A DNA stretch of 64,000 nucleotides from Ginglymostoma cirratum (taxonomy: Eukaryota): NCBI GenBank assembly GCA_024137785.1, contig JAHRHZ010000144.1, positions 45,845,151 through 45,909,150 on the forward strand, given 5' to 3'. The notes under the pieces are model-generated. The model did not search any database, was not told where the DNA came from, and was given only the letters and a program-made list of their open reading frames with translations. Of this stretch, positions 13,424 through 25,925 are shown piece after piece. Position 1 is the stretch's first letter, and the number at the start of each line of letters is the position of its first letter. The position numbers and the translations under genes were made by a program.

Positions 13424-13699
13424 GTAAGTGCCCTTTCTAATCACTTGATAGCAAACTATAACCATAATACTGTCAATCTGGAACTAGAAAAAAAATCACC
13501 TAAAAAGAAATTATTTTTCTGAAACTGACAGTGACTTCCAGAGTTTGCACATCTACAGAATAATGCAGAACTCCAGGAACTGCTTCTGCTCCTCTCCGGG
13601 GAGATGCACGCATGCACACGCACACAGTTGTACCTCAACAAAGCTGATATTAGTAAAGAAAAAGTGCTGGAGAAAATAATTAGACCAAAAGTTGACAAA

Positions 13700-14470
13700 T
13701 CCCTAATGGCCTGCATCCTCAGATTTTCCCAAAAGACGACTAGTGCAATAGTTAAATGCATTGGTTTGGTCTTACAGAATGCTAGGACCTAGAAGAGGCA
13801 TTATTGGAAGGCAGTAAATGTAATCCTGCAAGTTAAGAAAGAATGGAGAGACATATGGGGAACAATAGGTCAGATTACCTACCATCAATCATGGGGAAAT
13901 TGTTGGACTCTTATTATTAGGAACATGATATAGGGTACTTAGAAAATCATAATATGATTAAATAGAGTCAACACAGATATCTGAAAAGAAAATCACGTTT
14001 GAGAAATGTATCAGCATTTCTGAAGCTCTAACTCGCTGTGTGAATTCAGGGCAACCAGTGAATAATATATTTGGATTTTGAAGGAAACATTTGATAGCCT
14101 TTGGTTGCCAGATAATTACATATAGTTAGGGTTTATGGGATATCAGGGAGTATGGATGTGAGTTAATGGACTGAAAGGAGACAAATAAACCAATCCAATT
14201 TCTTGTGGGCAGTCTGTAACTAGTCGGGCATCACAAGGATTAGTGCTAAGATTACAAATTTATATCGATGACTTAGATGGGGAAGCTGAGCCTATTGTGT
14301 TCGGGTTTGCTGATGATACTTTTCAGCTAAGATTGTGAGCTGTGCGGAGGGCACAAAGGCTGTAAAGGGATAATAGACAAAGCTGAGTGAATAGACAAGA
14401 ATATGACAGGTGAGATGTAATATGGAGAAGTGTGAAGTTATCCAATTGGGAAGATAAAATGTTTTTCCTT
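13700..14470 (+). mobile_element. Highly decayed CR1 LINE RT fragment
   Basis: Recognisable remnants of RT motifs (TATTTGGATTTT; TTTGCTGATGATACT = FADDT). Confidence 0.65.
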
Positions 14471-15310
14471 AAGTGCTATAAACTTCTTATTTTTCTGTGA
14501 ATGAACATTTTCAATGTGATTGGCTGTTTATCCACTTGATGACATTAATAACGTTACACACCAAGACATCCTCTTGACTTGTGCCAGATTTAAAATACCA
14601 TTTGAAAAGCGGTAAATCATTTCAAGAGATTTGGTGATTTTTTTGGGGTTTTTTTTTGAGTTCAGCAGTGAGAGCCGTTGCTGCATCGCTAATCATGAAA
14701 TCTAGGCCTTTGTTTTCTAAATAGTGCCTAAGAACCTTTTTCCAGGCTTAGTTACAGTAATCACACATTAGCTAGAAACATACCATGCTAAAGATTGCAT
14801 GTGTCTAATCATATGATACGAATAGGGACCGCATACAGCTTAATTGGCTACAAATGTTCTTTAGGTATTGGGTTAGAAGTGCGGATGTAAGTACTGTAAT
14901 AATGTGATTTATGGGATATGAAATTTTTTTGTTCTTCTAGTGTTGTCTATATGACTGTAACTGTATATGTTGGCATGATTTATATGTAAGATTAGCTAAA
15001 AATTAAAAGTAAGAAATGAAGTTTTTATTACTATAGCATAACTATTGTTATCCTCTTGCTTGTATGCAGGTATTATTGATAATTGCTTTATAGCATTGAT
15101 TACCAGCCCAGGGAGCAAAATCCAATTAATTCTATCCAGTTAGTCACTTGCTTCCCACTCTAAGATTTATTAAAATCAGGCAGTACTGCATATACATTCT
15201 GGGATTTATCCATTAGATGACCTCTTGTTTGTTGGTGTCGGACATGTTTGACTTATTTTTGACTAATGGGTGGGTTTTTTAAAAATTTGATTTTTGTAAT
15301 TTGACTTCAG

Positions 15311-15463
15311 ATTTGATTTTGAAAGTGTGGAAAATAATGTGGAGAATGCAGTGGACAAATCCAAACCTTGGAGCCGGTCCATTGAGGACTTACATCGCGG
15401 CAGTAATCTGCCTTCACCAGTTGGTAACACCCTGGCCCGCTCTTCCAGGCATTCAACATTACG
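15311..15463 (+). CDS. FMNL2: FMNL2 exon (~ex6, 153 nt, phase 2-2): [51 protein letters not shown]
   Basis: cttcag|ATTTGA ... TTACG|gtaagc. Confidence 0.96.
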
Positions 15464-16204
15464 GTAAGCTGATATCAGAAAGCTTCTTCTCTTTCAACTA
15501 GGGGTTCATTCATAACATGACTTCCATTTTTAGAATTTTGGTTGACGATAAATCTAAATTTGCATGTCATTTTAAAATTTAATTAACCAGGTCTATTTGT
15601 GGGGAAACCTCAATCTGACTTCCTTGCTGGCTGGAAACATACTGGCTAAAGGATCATAAACCCACTAAACTTTTGAAATGATTTTCCATCTTGCTGATAC
15701 AACTTACAAGTTCCTACGTAAACTCTGGTAGATTTTTTTTTGCAGCTGAATATGCACAAGCTGTACTGGGAAAACATATTTTCAATGTTTCAAATCTTGC
15801 TGCATGCCTTTATTTTCCCCAATCTCTACTGGTCCACAACCATCCCTGTCTTAGATGTGTTTCTCAGCTAAACATTAAGCACCACTGCAGCCAGCTTTCT
15901 TCTCTGTCAAATGAGAAAAGGTTCCTTACTGGTTGAGTTGGTTGGTCAAGCTCAACTTTTCCCACCTTTAACTTAGTCTTTTTCCTAAAGATTAAACCTT
16001 CCACTTCTGGCCAGATAGACTGACAGAGTTTACAAATAATTTTCCTGAGATAAACTTGTTCCCAAGAATGATCTGAGGGTTGAGCCCTGCCAACCACAGA
16101 TATTAGTGCAGAGCTGGGGATCTAATGTTGAAATAAAGTGGAGAAATCAACAACAAAGGTAACAAGAAACTCCAACATATAATGCTTAGAATGGCAGTGA
16201 CTTA

Positions 16205-16440
16205 TTGTGAGTGATGAAAAGTCGTCATAGTCCCAGAGGATCATAGAGCTGCTCTCTCAATAGTGAGAGATGGCTGATGCCAACTTCAACTTGAGGGTCA
16301 CCTCACCTCGGGTGAGTGGAGAGGTTGATGCGGGTGGGACCTACATAGTGACCTCAGCCACTGATGGGATTGAATACACACTGTTGGTGTCACTCTACAT
16401 TGCACACCAGCTATCCAGCCAACTGAGCTAACTGACCCCC
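16205..16440 (-). mobile_element. tRNA-derived SINE (family unassigned)
   Basis: Minus strand begins GGGGGTCAGTTAGCTCAGTTGG (A box) with a degenerate B box GTATTCAATCC. Confidence 0.6.
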
Positions 16441-17489
16441 AAACGTGAATTATTCCAAGTATTCTTATTACAAAGTGTGGTACCAATCATTTACAATCAC
16501 AGCGCTTTAGAAGGTTTATAGTGCTAATTCCAATAAGTTGTAGAAACAATTGCTTATTCTATTCATAACACTTCTGAAACTATCCTTGTTCAAGATTTTG
16601 TTCTTGCGAAGTTTGCTGTTGTGACTATATGAGTTTGAGCCTTTATGTTGGTTGTACTGAATTAAATTCTTTACTGGATCACAGATCATTGCTCAGTGTA
16701 AAGTGAGATCAACTTTAGGGAGATCAGCAATAGTGCATAAGCTTACAATATGACTGCAACCGAAGGCTTGCCAAGAACTACGAATACAACACATGGTTTT
16801 CACATCAGTTAAAGAACAGTTGTATTTATCTGCCAGCCACTGGATTAGTTTGTTTTTAAGTTGCTGTTAAAATCTGCTTTAAAATGTAGTCTAAAAGGGA
16901 CCATTGTTCTGTGGTGAAGAGACAACATCATCCCAGAATTCTGTCTAGCACAGACATCTCTAACATGTGAACCATTGCAATTTCAATTATTAAGGTAACA
17001 GCCGTAAAATGCACAATGCAGTTTTACAAGCTACATTTAGTCTTTACCTTTCACATTGCCGATTGTTGTATTTATTGTATTTTAATGTTTACATTCAAGT
17101 TAAATAGGATGCTTTTTCATATTGCCTTACTTTATATTCTTTGTTTACTCTACCCCCATTCTTTTCCTTTCTAATTTTATCTTCTCATCCGTAATAATCT
17201 GTGAAGTGTGCCGAGTGTGGTTCCTTAGGCAGAGCACCTTACTCCAGCGGCAATTCACAAGCAACCAGTTCTTCTGAAAGTCTTGCAGTTTAGAGCAAGG
17301 ATAACATGCTGAATTTAGCAGGAAGGATGCTTGGAGACAACTCATTGATGCTGTCCTTCTAGCATCTAACTTAAATTTCAGTTTGAAAAGAGAAGGCTGA
17401 GGGCTGAGCCAGGAGAAGCCTTTAAAATTCTGACTACAGAGAAATCACAGCCAAAATGTTACACGTGGGGTAGAGCAAAAGTGAGGCTA

Positions 17490-17745
17490 TCATTTTAAAG
17501 TAGTTGTGAAGAAATCAAAAAGGGAATTCAGAAGGAACCTCTTTACCTATGGAATGGTGAGAATGTGGAAATCAGTAATACAGGGATGGTAGAGGCAAAC
17601 AGTACAGTACATTTTTCAGCTAGAAAACATTTTGAGGGAGAAGCGGTTACTGGGCTACGTGAGGAAGAGTTGGAGGATGCTTATGTGAAATACACATATC
17701 TGGTTGGGCAGAGGACCTGTTTCTGTGCTGTATGTTCCATATAAT
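17490..17745 (+). mobile_element. Old CR1 3' fragment
   Basis: TTCAGAAGGAACCTCTTTACC..GAATGGTGAGAATGTGGAA (FTQRVVRMWN-like) and CCTGTTTCTGTGCTGTA tail. Confidence 0.6.
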
Positions 17746-18867
17746 TCTACAAGACCCACAGCTAAAGTGTAGTGGTTTGTAAAGTCAGTGAAAAGCATTA
17801 AATCTTCTAGAAAGTATGAAAATCACTCACCCCTTCACCTGTTATTGCATTTATTTACCTAATCACAATGTTAATGAAAGGACCAATCCTAGCTTGGCTA
17901 GTGTAAACCGTTTTATACAAGAGAGTGAGTCAGTGCTTTTGAAACTTGGAAGCTGATCATTCAGGACTATTTTTCTCTTTGTAATTCATGAAACCTCGCT
18001 ACACTGGAACTAGGTCAACCGTGTGAACTAACATGTAGCAAATTGCAATATGAGAACTTGATTATGACTAGTATTCTTACCATGTCAAATTATGAAAGCA
18101 TGCGTTGTTTGGGAGCAATATTGTAGTGTAAAACCACTAGAAGAGTCAGACGATGATGTAAACTGTAGCAGTGATTTAAAGCATATTGGGGACATTATCA
18201 AGTTAAGAACTGCAATGAGCCAAAGTATGTTGACTCATTCTAGCATTGCGCCAGTAAACCACAGGAGTGTTCTTTTAGTCTGCTTTAGTTTATTTAATAG
18301 TTAAGTCATTGTACTTCTGTTTCCTGTACTGAATAACTTACTTAAAACATCTCCACCAAAAATATAAATGCACAGTAGCGTAAGGCCGTTTTCTGCAGTC
18401 TTCCAGAGACACTCAATATTGCTTTGTGGGAAACTAAACATATCATACAAATAGCCTTTGATGTTTTGTGCAGTGGTGTAGAGCGTATTTGAGAAACATT
18501 AACTCACCTTTTAAAGGAAACTTACGATTGCCAGAAAACTGAGTTTTTAAGTTTACAAGCTGTGACATGAAATAGAGTTGGGAAAATCCTGAGTGAAGTG
18601 AAGTTGTTTTTGTCCAACTCATAACATAAGCTTTTGCCTGTAATTTTTGAATTTAGAAAATTAAACTTTTCCAAAGGTTCTTCCTAAATTTTTTTTGAAA
18701 CTTGAAGTGAAAACAGTTTTCAGCCATGTAAAAGGTTTGTCACATTGCGTACAAACTGTGTGAATTGTGTGAAACCATTTTCTACTTTGCAGATCATACT
18801 TAACTCTTTACTTTCAGCACCTTAATTGATGCTTCAAATTGACACTGTTCAAATGAAGGTTACTATC

Positions 18868-19200
18868 AGTTGATAGTAACCTCTGAGTGAGATGGCCTTA
18901 GGTTCAAGTGCCACTCTGAAGCCTGCACATAATTCCAGGGTGACACTTGGATGAGAACTTGTCAAAGATTTCATTTATCAGATGTGATATTAACCCGAAG
19001 CACCTTCTGCTCGCTCAAGTAGTTTTGGAACAGTCCAAGTTGAAGATGAGCAGGGCAGTTCTCCCACTGTCCTGGATAACATTTATTGTTTAACCAACAA
19101 TACATGAAATAACAGGTTGACTGGTCAATCTTATTCTATTTGTAGGAGCTTGCTGTGCATAAATTGGCAGCCACATTTTCCAGTATTACAATTGTGACTG
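18868..19200 (+). mobile_element. Deu-domain SINE (SacSINE1/AmnSINE1-like)
   Basis: Head CCTCTGAGT..GGTTCAAGTGCCACTC; Deu-like core GAAGATGAGCAGGGCAGTTCTCCCACTGTCCTGG...GCTTGCTGTGCATAAATTGGCAGCC. Confidence 0.7.
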
Positions 19201-19799
19201 CGGCCAGAGTTTCAGTCTTCAGGGCTGGAAAACTTCACGTTGTCATTTCTGCTACCTGTTAGCTGTTGCTGCAATTTTGCAAATGACAGGGAAGGCCTTG
19301 AAGGCTCTTGTGTCTTGTTAAAGTGCCAACATGTTTTATTAATGTGCTGCTTTCCGAAGAAACTAGACAGTGCAGATTCCCAAGATGTGAATCAGAGTGG
19401 GTGCATGGCGATCGTAGCTCATTAAATGCTTGTGCTGACCACCAAGCCATTGCTTCTTCTGAGCAATTTCCCTGCATGATTCAAGGCCAGCAGCCACCTC
19501 AATCCTTCATCCATCAGCAAATCAGCAGTCTTATTAAACCATCAAGCCCACTCTTAGACCAACTCTCACACCACTTCAGCATCTCCACACTTCACTTTAG
19601 AGCTCAGCATTGCTTGTGACTTGTATGCTTCTGCTTGGTAGCTTTGCATGCAGGGCCACACATGCACCCATATAGGATACATCTTATTTTCTCAGTGCTG
19701 TCCTACTTTCTGCTTGAATTGAGGCTACCAATCTCCGTCCAGTTCCCAGTGTTTTCTTATTGCACCTTTACTCATTCAATACTGACTTATGGGCTACCA

Positions 19800-21650
19800 G
19801 CCTCTCACTAGCTCACATTGCTTTTAACTCGAGAGTAAGAAGTATGCAGCTTGTCACAATGGGGGGCACTGAACGTGGACGTGCTGCTTTGCGGCACAGT
19901 ACTTTGTAAATCGCAAACTGCAGCATGTGCCAGCAGTTTACGCTGCAAGCATATTGTATAACCTTCAAGTATATGGTCATGTCTAAAAGTCTTGTGGTGC
20001 TTAGTAGGATTAAGAGAGGCCACAGTCAAGGGTACCAGCACATAGATTAAAGAGTTCGCCTAATTCCAGTCCAGGGGATGGCTATGGTTAGTGCTTTGTC
20101 CTCCCAGGGACCAGGGAGCCATGTCCTTTACAGTCTGGAGAATTGGGCCGTGGTAAATTTGGCAGGTCAAGTACAACCATTCTGGGAATTACAGGTAGGT
20201 CTCTGTGTGCTGTGGAGGCATCAATATGGGGCTGGGCTGTGGTCCTCGGGGGTTATCCTGCCAAATCAGGGGAATTAGCCCACAGTCAGGCCAGGGCATT
20301 TGGTTAATAATGGTCAGGGCCTTATCAGGGAGCAGTCTGTGGCATACTTGGGAGCGTGGCAACTCCAGTCTGGGGATAAGCCTAATTGTGCTAAGTTTCT
20401 GAAGGAATGATGATAGATAGTGGGGAACTAACGAGAGAGGGTGGGACCTCATAATGAATCAGAGGGTACTGGGAGTTGCAGATGTTTGGGTTCACGCCGG
20501 TCACAGTAACTCTGGCCTGTACATGAGGAGCATGCAGGGTCAACAAGGGCATGGGACTCTAGCGATGAAGTGGGGACATTAATAGTTTTATAAAAGGACT
20601 CAAACTCAAATTGGGCCTCCTCTGATTTAGTAATACCATCATCTGGCTTCAATTTGAATGTCATTGACAGGTCATACATTATCTAAGAGTGTGCATTTAA
20701 AATTATGGCCTTGTGACCAGTACATTGTGTGCACTAGATGACTCCTTATCATGTCAGTTCACCAAAAATGAGAGTGATGACAGCAAGGCTCTTAAATGTT
20801 TAAGCTGATGTTCCCATCTCACAGCCACTTCCATAGCTAGGACTGGAAGCTGTCACATTCACACACTGAACTGTAAGTATGTAAGGACAAGATCTGTGAT
20901 GTGGAAGGGAGACATTTCTTTGGTAGGTGGCCATCATGGTGGCTTACTGGCAGAATTCTAATTATAACATAGTGTGAAAACCTTGTACGTTTGGAAAAAT
21001 GGTACAAACATGGAGCTGTCACTTCGAGATTGTTGCAGTACCTGTGTCCTTGGTGCAACTATGAATGTAGTGTGGAAGGAGATGGCTACTACTGCTTTAT
21101 CAGCAAACCAAACAACAATAGTGACCTCCAGCAGCTGCTGAGCAGGACTTGCACTCAGAATGATTGGGTATTTCAGAAGTGGGGATAGGTAGGTGTAAGA
21201 TCTAACTGACCTCCACCTGGAGATAAATTAAGACCCTCATGGGCAACTTAAAGGCCTCAACTGGTAGTTACTCATATTCAAGCAGCAGTGGGAGAGGGAG
21301 AGCGGCAGCTCACAGGGCCTATGTGCTTGATCAAGGGTCCTGGCATTGGCAGGGGATGGCCCAACTGGATTCATCCCCTGCACATGCTTCCGATCTCCCC
21401 AGATCACCTACACTTTCCATTGAGCCCCTCACAATAATCCTCATCCTACCCACACTCACCTCTTTGCAGGGCTCCATCAATGATTGTAGATATTGGAGAG
21501 CTGTCATCTTCTGCAACAGGATTTCTCCTCAGTGAAAGCCAACTTAGACCAAAGGCTTGAGGCTGCCCAGGTACGTACCTGATTGGATAGCAAGAGACCT
21601 TAGTCTGATGTGCACAGCATTTTAAGCAATTAGAGGATAAGGGTGTCTTG
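19800..21650 (-). mobile_element. Very decayed PIF/Harbinger-like DNA transposon relic
   Basis: Minus ORF 20837-21058 HQGHRYCNNLEVTAP loosely resembles the Harbinger GAIDCTHV-I-AP motif; boundaries uncertain. Confidence 0.35.
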
Positions 21651-21669
21651 TTGGAAGTGCAGCATTTGT

Positions 21670-21960
21670 TGATTCTCCCTGTTTGTGTTTGGAAGTCATG
21701 GTGAGCTGCCATCATAAGCCTTGGTAGTCTGTGTGATGCTCCCACAATACTATTCGGAGAAGTTCCAGGATTTTGACCCAGCCTAAGGAAGGGACGACAA
21801 TATCTATCCAAATTTGAATACTAGACAGTTTGGAGAAGTTGTTGGAGTTGGTGATGTTCTCATGTATGAGCTGTCGTCGTCTTTCTGGATGATGGAGGTT
21901 GCATGTGCAGGAGAAGTGAGTAGGAGTGAATGGTGGCATATACAGTACAATGATAAATAC
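21670..21960 (-). mobile_element. CR1-group LINE 3' fragment (family of 41730-42565)
   Basis: GTGAGCTGCC...GAAGTTCCAGGATTTTGACCCAG shared with ~45945-46020 and ~36198-36220. Confidence 0.6.
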
Positions 21961-22420
21961 CAACACAGCTAATTCACTAGTTACTAATAGGAATCATACA
22001 TGTAGAAGAACAACGGCTTTATCAATGCTTGTTTAATGGTTTTAGTTTTTTTCAGTTAAGGAAAGCCCTTAAGCCAGAATTGCAAATTCTTTCTGTTTTG
22101 TTTAATTGTGTGTTTTCGAGTATATTCAAGCAAACATAGTCATAATCACACATAGTGGCAGTAGGAAGTCAGTATTGGTTATATTGCCTTAAAGTACTTA
22201 CAAGCCTGAGCTATTAGCTGAGGGCTATAATATGATGTCATCTACTTTCTTATTGTCTGAATCCTGAAGATGTAACATTATAGAGAAACTTTTCAATCCT
22301 TGTTAACTTAGTTGATGCTCATTATATTGCGCTGATATGTTATGGGTTTTTTGTTTTATTAAATTCACATGATATTGACAATTTCAATGTTCTAAGTATC
22401 TTTGCATTACTCTCCTTTAG

Positions 22421-22529
22421 GTTTAACACATTACCAAGCAGAAGGACGCTGAAGAATTCTAGATTAGTGAGCAAGAAAGATGATGTTCATGTCTGCATCA
22501 TGTGCTTGCGTGCAATCATGAACTATCAG
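22421..22529 (+). CDS. FMNL2: FMNL2 exon (~ex7, 109 nt, phase 2-0): [36 protein letters not shown]
   Basis: ctttag|GTTTAA ... TATCAG|gtacac. Confidence 0.96.
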
Positions 22530-23813
22530 GTACACGGTACAAATTTTCCTTTGTTCTAATACTTTACTACTTTGTCCTGTGCACTTACAAGAAATGCAGA
22601 GAAGATTTAAATATACAATTATGCCTATTTGCCATAAAGCTTGTACTTCTACTAAACAAAATAGAGGTTTCGTTTCATTTATTATTGTCTGCATTCTCAT
22701 AAAACTAAATATAATTGCCTTCATCAATATGTATAAAACTATGTAAAACAGGGCATCCAAATAAATTTTAGACCTGAATGTCACGTTAGGATCTGTTGTT
22801 TCCAGCCTTCGACTTGCAGTTTTCTTTGCAGATTTCATTATGTTGTTAATCATGTTAGTTTTTTTTTGTAAACCTGCAGGTCTAAGGACTCAGTGATACC
22901 CTTAGAAAGTTGATGGTTTTGTTCTTGAGCTCTGCTGGAACCCCACTTACTAATCATTTCCTCAGTCTAGTTTGTAACCCTTAAATCGATTTGCTTGATT
23001 ACTCAATGTTACCATGGATTTGCTTCAAATACTGGTTGATTTTCCACTGCAACTCATCTCTGATGACCAAGGGGTTGTGTCGTGGTGACAGCTTTATCCA
23101 GAAGTCTGAAATAAGATATCTTGAGCATAGGGTGTAGCTACCATCTAGGCCAATTTAAAGAATCTTGAGAATGATGTTTGTGGGTTGGCCGCTGTACCCC
23201 TGGAAGTTTTCCATCTTTCCAAAAGTCTTCAAAATATCAGAAAATCTAAAACAGCGTGTCATAATCTTTCTAGAGGAAATATCTTGAAGTACTTATAATT
23301 TCAGATGAAAGAATGTCTTTATGTGGAAATTAACCTTTACATCTTCCAGAAAGTCCAACATGTTTATTCAATAATTTGTATGCAACAGATATGCAAGGAG
23401 GATTTATAATCAGAAATTGTATCCACTACAAGCTTTCTTGCCTTGGAGAACATTCCAATTTTTATACATATTTTAAATCAGATGCGCAATCAGACTCTAC
23501 TGTTTAAATTGAGACTGAAAAATTTTGTACAACTTGTTAGTTATAATTTCCAATGGTGGCTATTTTGTGACCACAACTGGAAAGTTATAACAATAAGCAA
23601 CATGGGTTTTGAAATTCACACTCTGATAACGCAACAATGCAACTTTGCTTCTATTTATAATGAGATGGAATGCATGATCTTTCTATAACAGCTCGCTATA
23701 CCAAGATCATGAGGCATTGGATGTTGAAGTAGGATATTGCAAGTGTTTCTCTATACTTTTGTCATATTTTAGCATTTTCTGGACAAATAGTGATCTTGAT
23801 CCTTTCATTGCAG

Positions 23814-23890
23814 TATGGCTTTAACATGGTCATGTCACATCCCCATGCTGTTAATGAAATTGCTCTGAGTCTGAACAATAAGAATCCTAG
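23814..23890 (+). CDS. FMNL2: FMNL2 exon (~ex8, 77 nt, phase 0-2): [26 protein letters not shown]
   Basis: ttgcag|TATGGC ... CCTAG|gtaaga. Confidence 0.96.
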
Positions 23891-24309
23891 GTAAGACACC
23901 CTTCTCAGTTGAAAAACACATTGTTACTGAGCACCATTTTAGAAAAATACATACGGTATTAAATAGATTGAATAGTTGTTATAATTTTATGTATAATTGA
24001 GTAGAACTGCATATTTATTGTCATATTTCAGGGAATGGATGAAAACAGATGTTATAAATGGGCATTGTGCTAAAAGTATACATTTGTTTGAAAATCCAAT
24101 TCTAGCATACGATTCTTGCCTCATTGTTGATTACAGTAATTTTACCTTTGCTAGAGGTGGTGAAATAAACACTTATATATTTAGTACTCAAACACTGATT
24201 AGGTGCAATTTTCATGGAACAGTGTATGTGGGCTCCACAAATTCACTGCCACCAAGGTGTGGAGTGGGCTAGTTGATGGATAGCAGACATTTTAGGATGG
24301 CTCAGATAC

Positions 24310-24357
24310 AGAGAGAGAGAGAGAGAGAGAGAGAGCGAAAGAGAAAGAGAAAGAGAG
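24310..24357. repeat. (GA)n/(GAGAAA)n microsatellite
   Basis: Directly visible. Confidence 0.9.
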
Positions 24358-25279
24358 TGTGTACGGATTCTCAGATGTTGCACTGGAGGTCCTGATGCCT
24401 GAGGCCCTGTACTCACTCTATGTCCCTCTCTTCTCTGAACTGCACACCTTCATGGCTTCCTTCATTACTCCTGCAGACACAGGGTGAACCCCTAGCTGTC
24501 CCTAACTAAGCAATTCCTTTTTCTTGGTGCTTTCAAGAATCCTATCCATTAGGTAAAATCATACGGTATTCGCTATTTTACTCTGCAGTCCTCAGGGAAA
24601 GCTCGAATGAATTTTAATAAGTGTGTGGCTGAAGGCTTGTGAAAATGCCTGACAATGTCTGTTTTTCAGAATGTTTTAAAAGTTCCCTTCTGTCTTCCAG
24701 CAGCAAGTGAATGTTTAAAGCTAGTATACTTTTAAGTATCACTTAAAATCTTCAGAAGTGAATTGTTTACTTTCTGTTAGATCATCAATTTAGGAAAGGA
24801 CATTATTTAAATGATATCTACCAAAATGCCTTGTAGCTTAATTAGTAAACACTAGCAGACAATTTAAGTGGCGGTCAGCCCTTTAATAATGCTCTGGGCA
24901 CCCATTTTATCAAGAATTCACCACATCGAAGATCCCATCAGGAACCCCTTGAAGGTCTGAAAGGGTGTCAGAAATTCCCACAAATGCAGCTTATTGCTCG
25001 AAAAGTTATCAGGTGTTTATATGTATCTATTTTTTTATGGGATATATTGAATGCTAATGTTGGATTTTCGTTTTCGAACAAAATAGGCTGAATCACAATT
25101 TTTACAGAATTCAATTAAACAATTCCACTAATGAGCATCATTGTCACACAACACAGGAAATTCATCTGTGGGCACAACACACACATTCATCTGTGGGCAT
25201 TCCCAGTATAAAAGAATTGGTGTAACCAGAGCCTTATTTATCCTGGCCCTGTTAATGATTTTGTTTGTTGCTATTGTAG

Positions 25280-25373
25280 GACGAAGGCTCTTGTCTTGGA
25301 ACTGCTGGCAGCTGTTTGTCTTGTCAGAGGAGGACATGAAATAATCTTATTAGCATTTGATAACTTCAAAGAG
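25280..25373 (+). CDS. FMNL2: FMNL2 exon (~ex9, 94 nt, phase 2-0): [31 protein letters not shown]
   Basis: ttgtag|GACGAA ... AAAGAG|gtaagg. Confidence 0.96.
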
Positions 25374-25559
25374 GTAAGGTATCTTTCTTCTTGGTAAAAG
25401 TCAACAAGGAAATGATTTAAATTTATTTTCAAAATTCATGTCTGCTTTGCACTGTGGAGTTTTTTTCCCATCATTTCTTAGCCTAATGCGTTTGAAGTAT
25501 AAATGTCACACCTGTATTTATAAATTTGCCAATTTATTCTAAAGTAAGAGCTAGCAGAG

Positions 25560-25925
25560 TCTAGAGTCAGCTTTGGACCACACATCCATGCCGTTACAAG
25601 GACTGCTTTTTCCACCTCTGTAACATTGCATGACTTTATCCCTGCCTCAGTCCACCGGTTGTTGAAACCCTCATTTGTGTTTTTGTCACCTCTAGACTTG
25701 GCTATTCTGATGGGCTCCTACAATCTATCTTCTGTAAACATGAGGTCATCCAACACTCCGCTGCCGATGTCATTAGTTCCATCAAGACTCTTTCTTCTTC
25801 TTGTTCTTATTTTAAGATGCCCGTTTAAATCCATTTCTTTGACCAAGCATTTTGTCAGTGACCCTGATATCTCCTAAGATGGTCCGATGTTTAATTTTGC
25901 TTTATAATATACCTGTGAAGTGGTT
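25560..25925 (+). mobile_element. L2-clade LINE 3' fragment
   Basis: GAAACCCTCATTTGTGTTTTTGTCACCTCTAGACTTGGCTATTCT translates ETLICVFVTSRLGYS, matching the L2 motif ETLIHAFVTSRLDY. Confidence 0.7.

Noticed and set aside
17200-17262. CEVCRVWFLRQSTLLQRQFTS resembles C2H2 zinc-finger spacing
   Set aside because: Both His ligands are absent, it is a single unit, and no acceptor puts the Cys pair in frame; probably coincidence.
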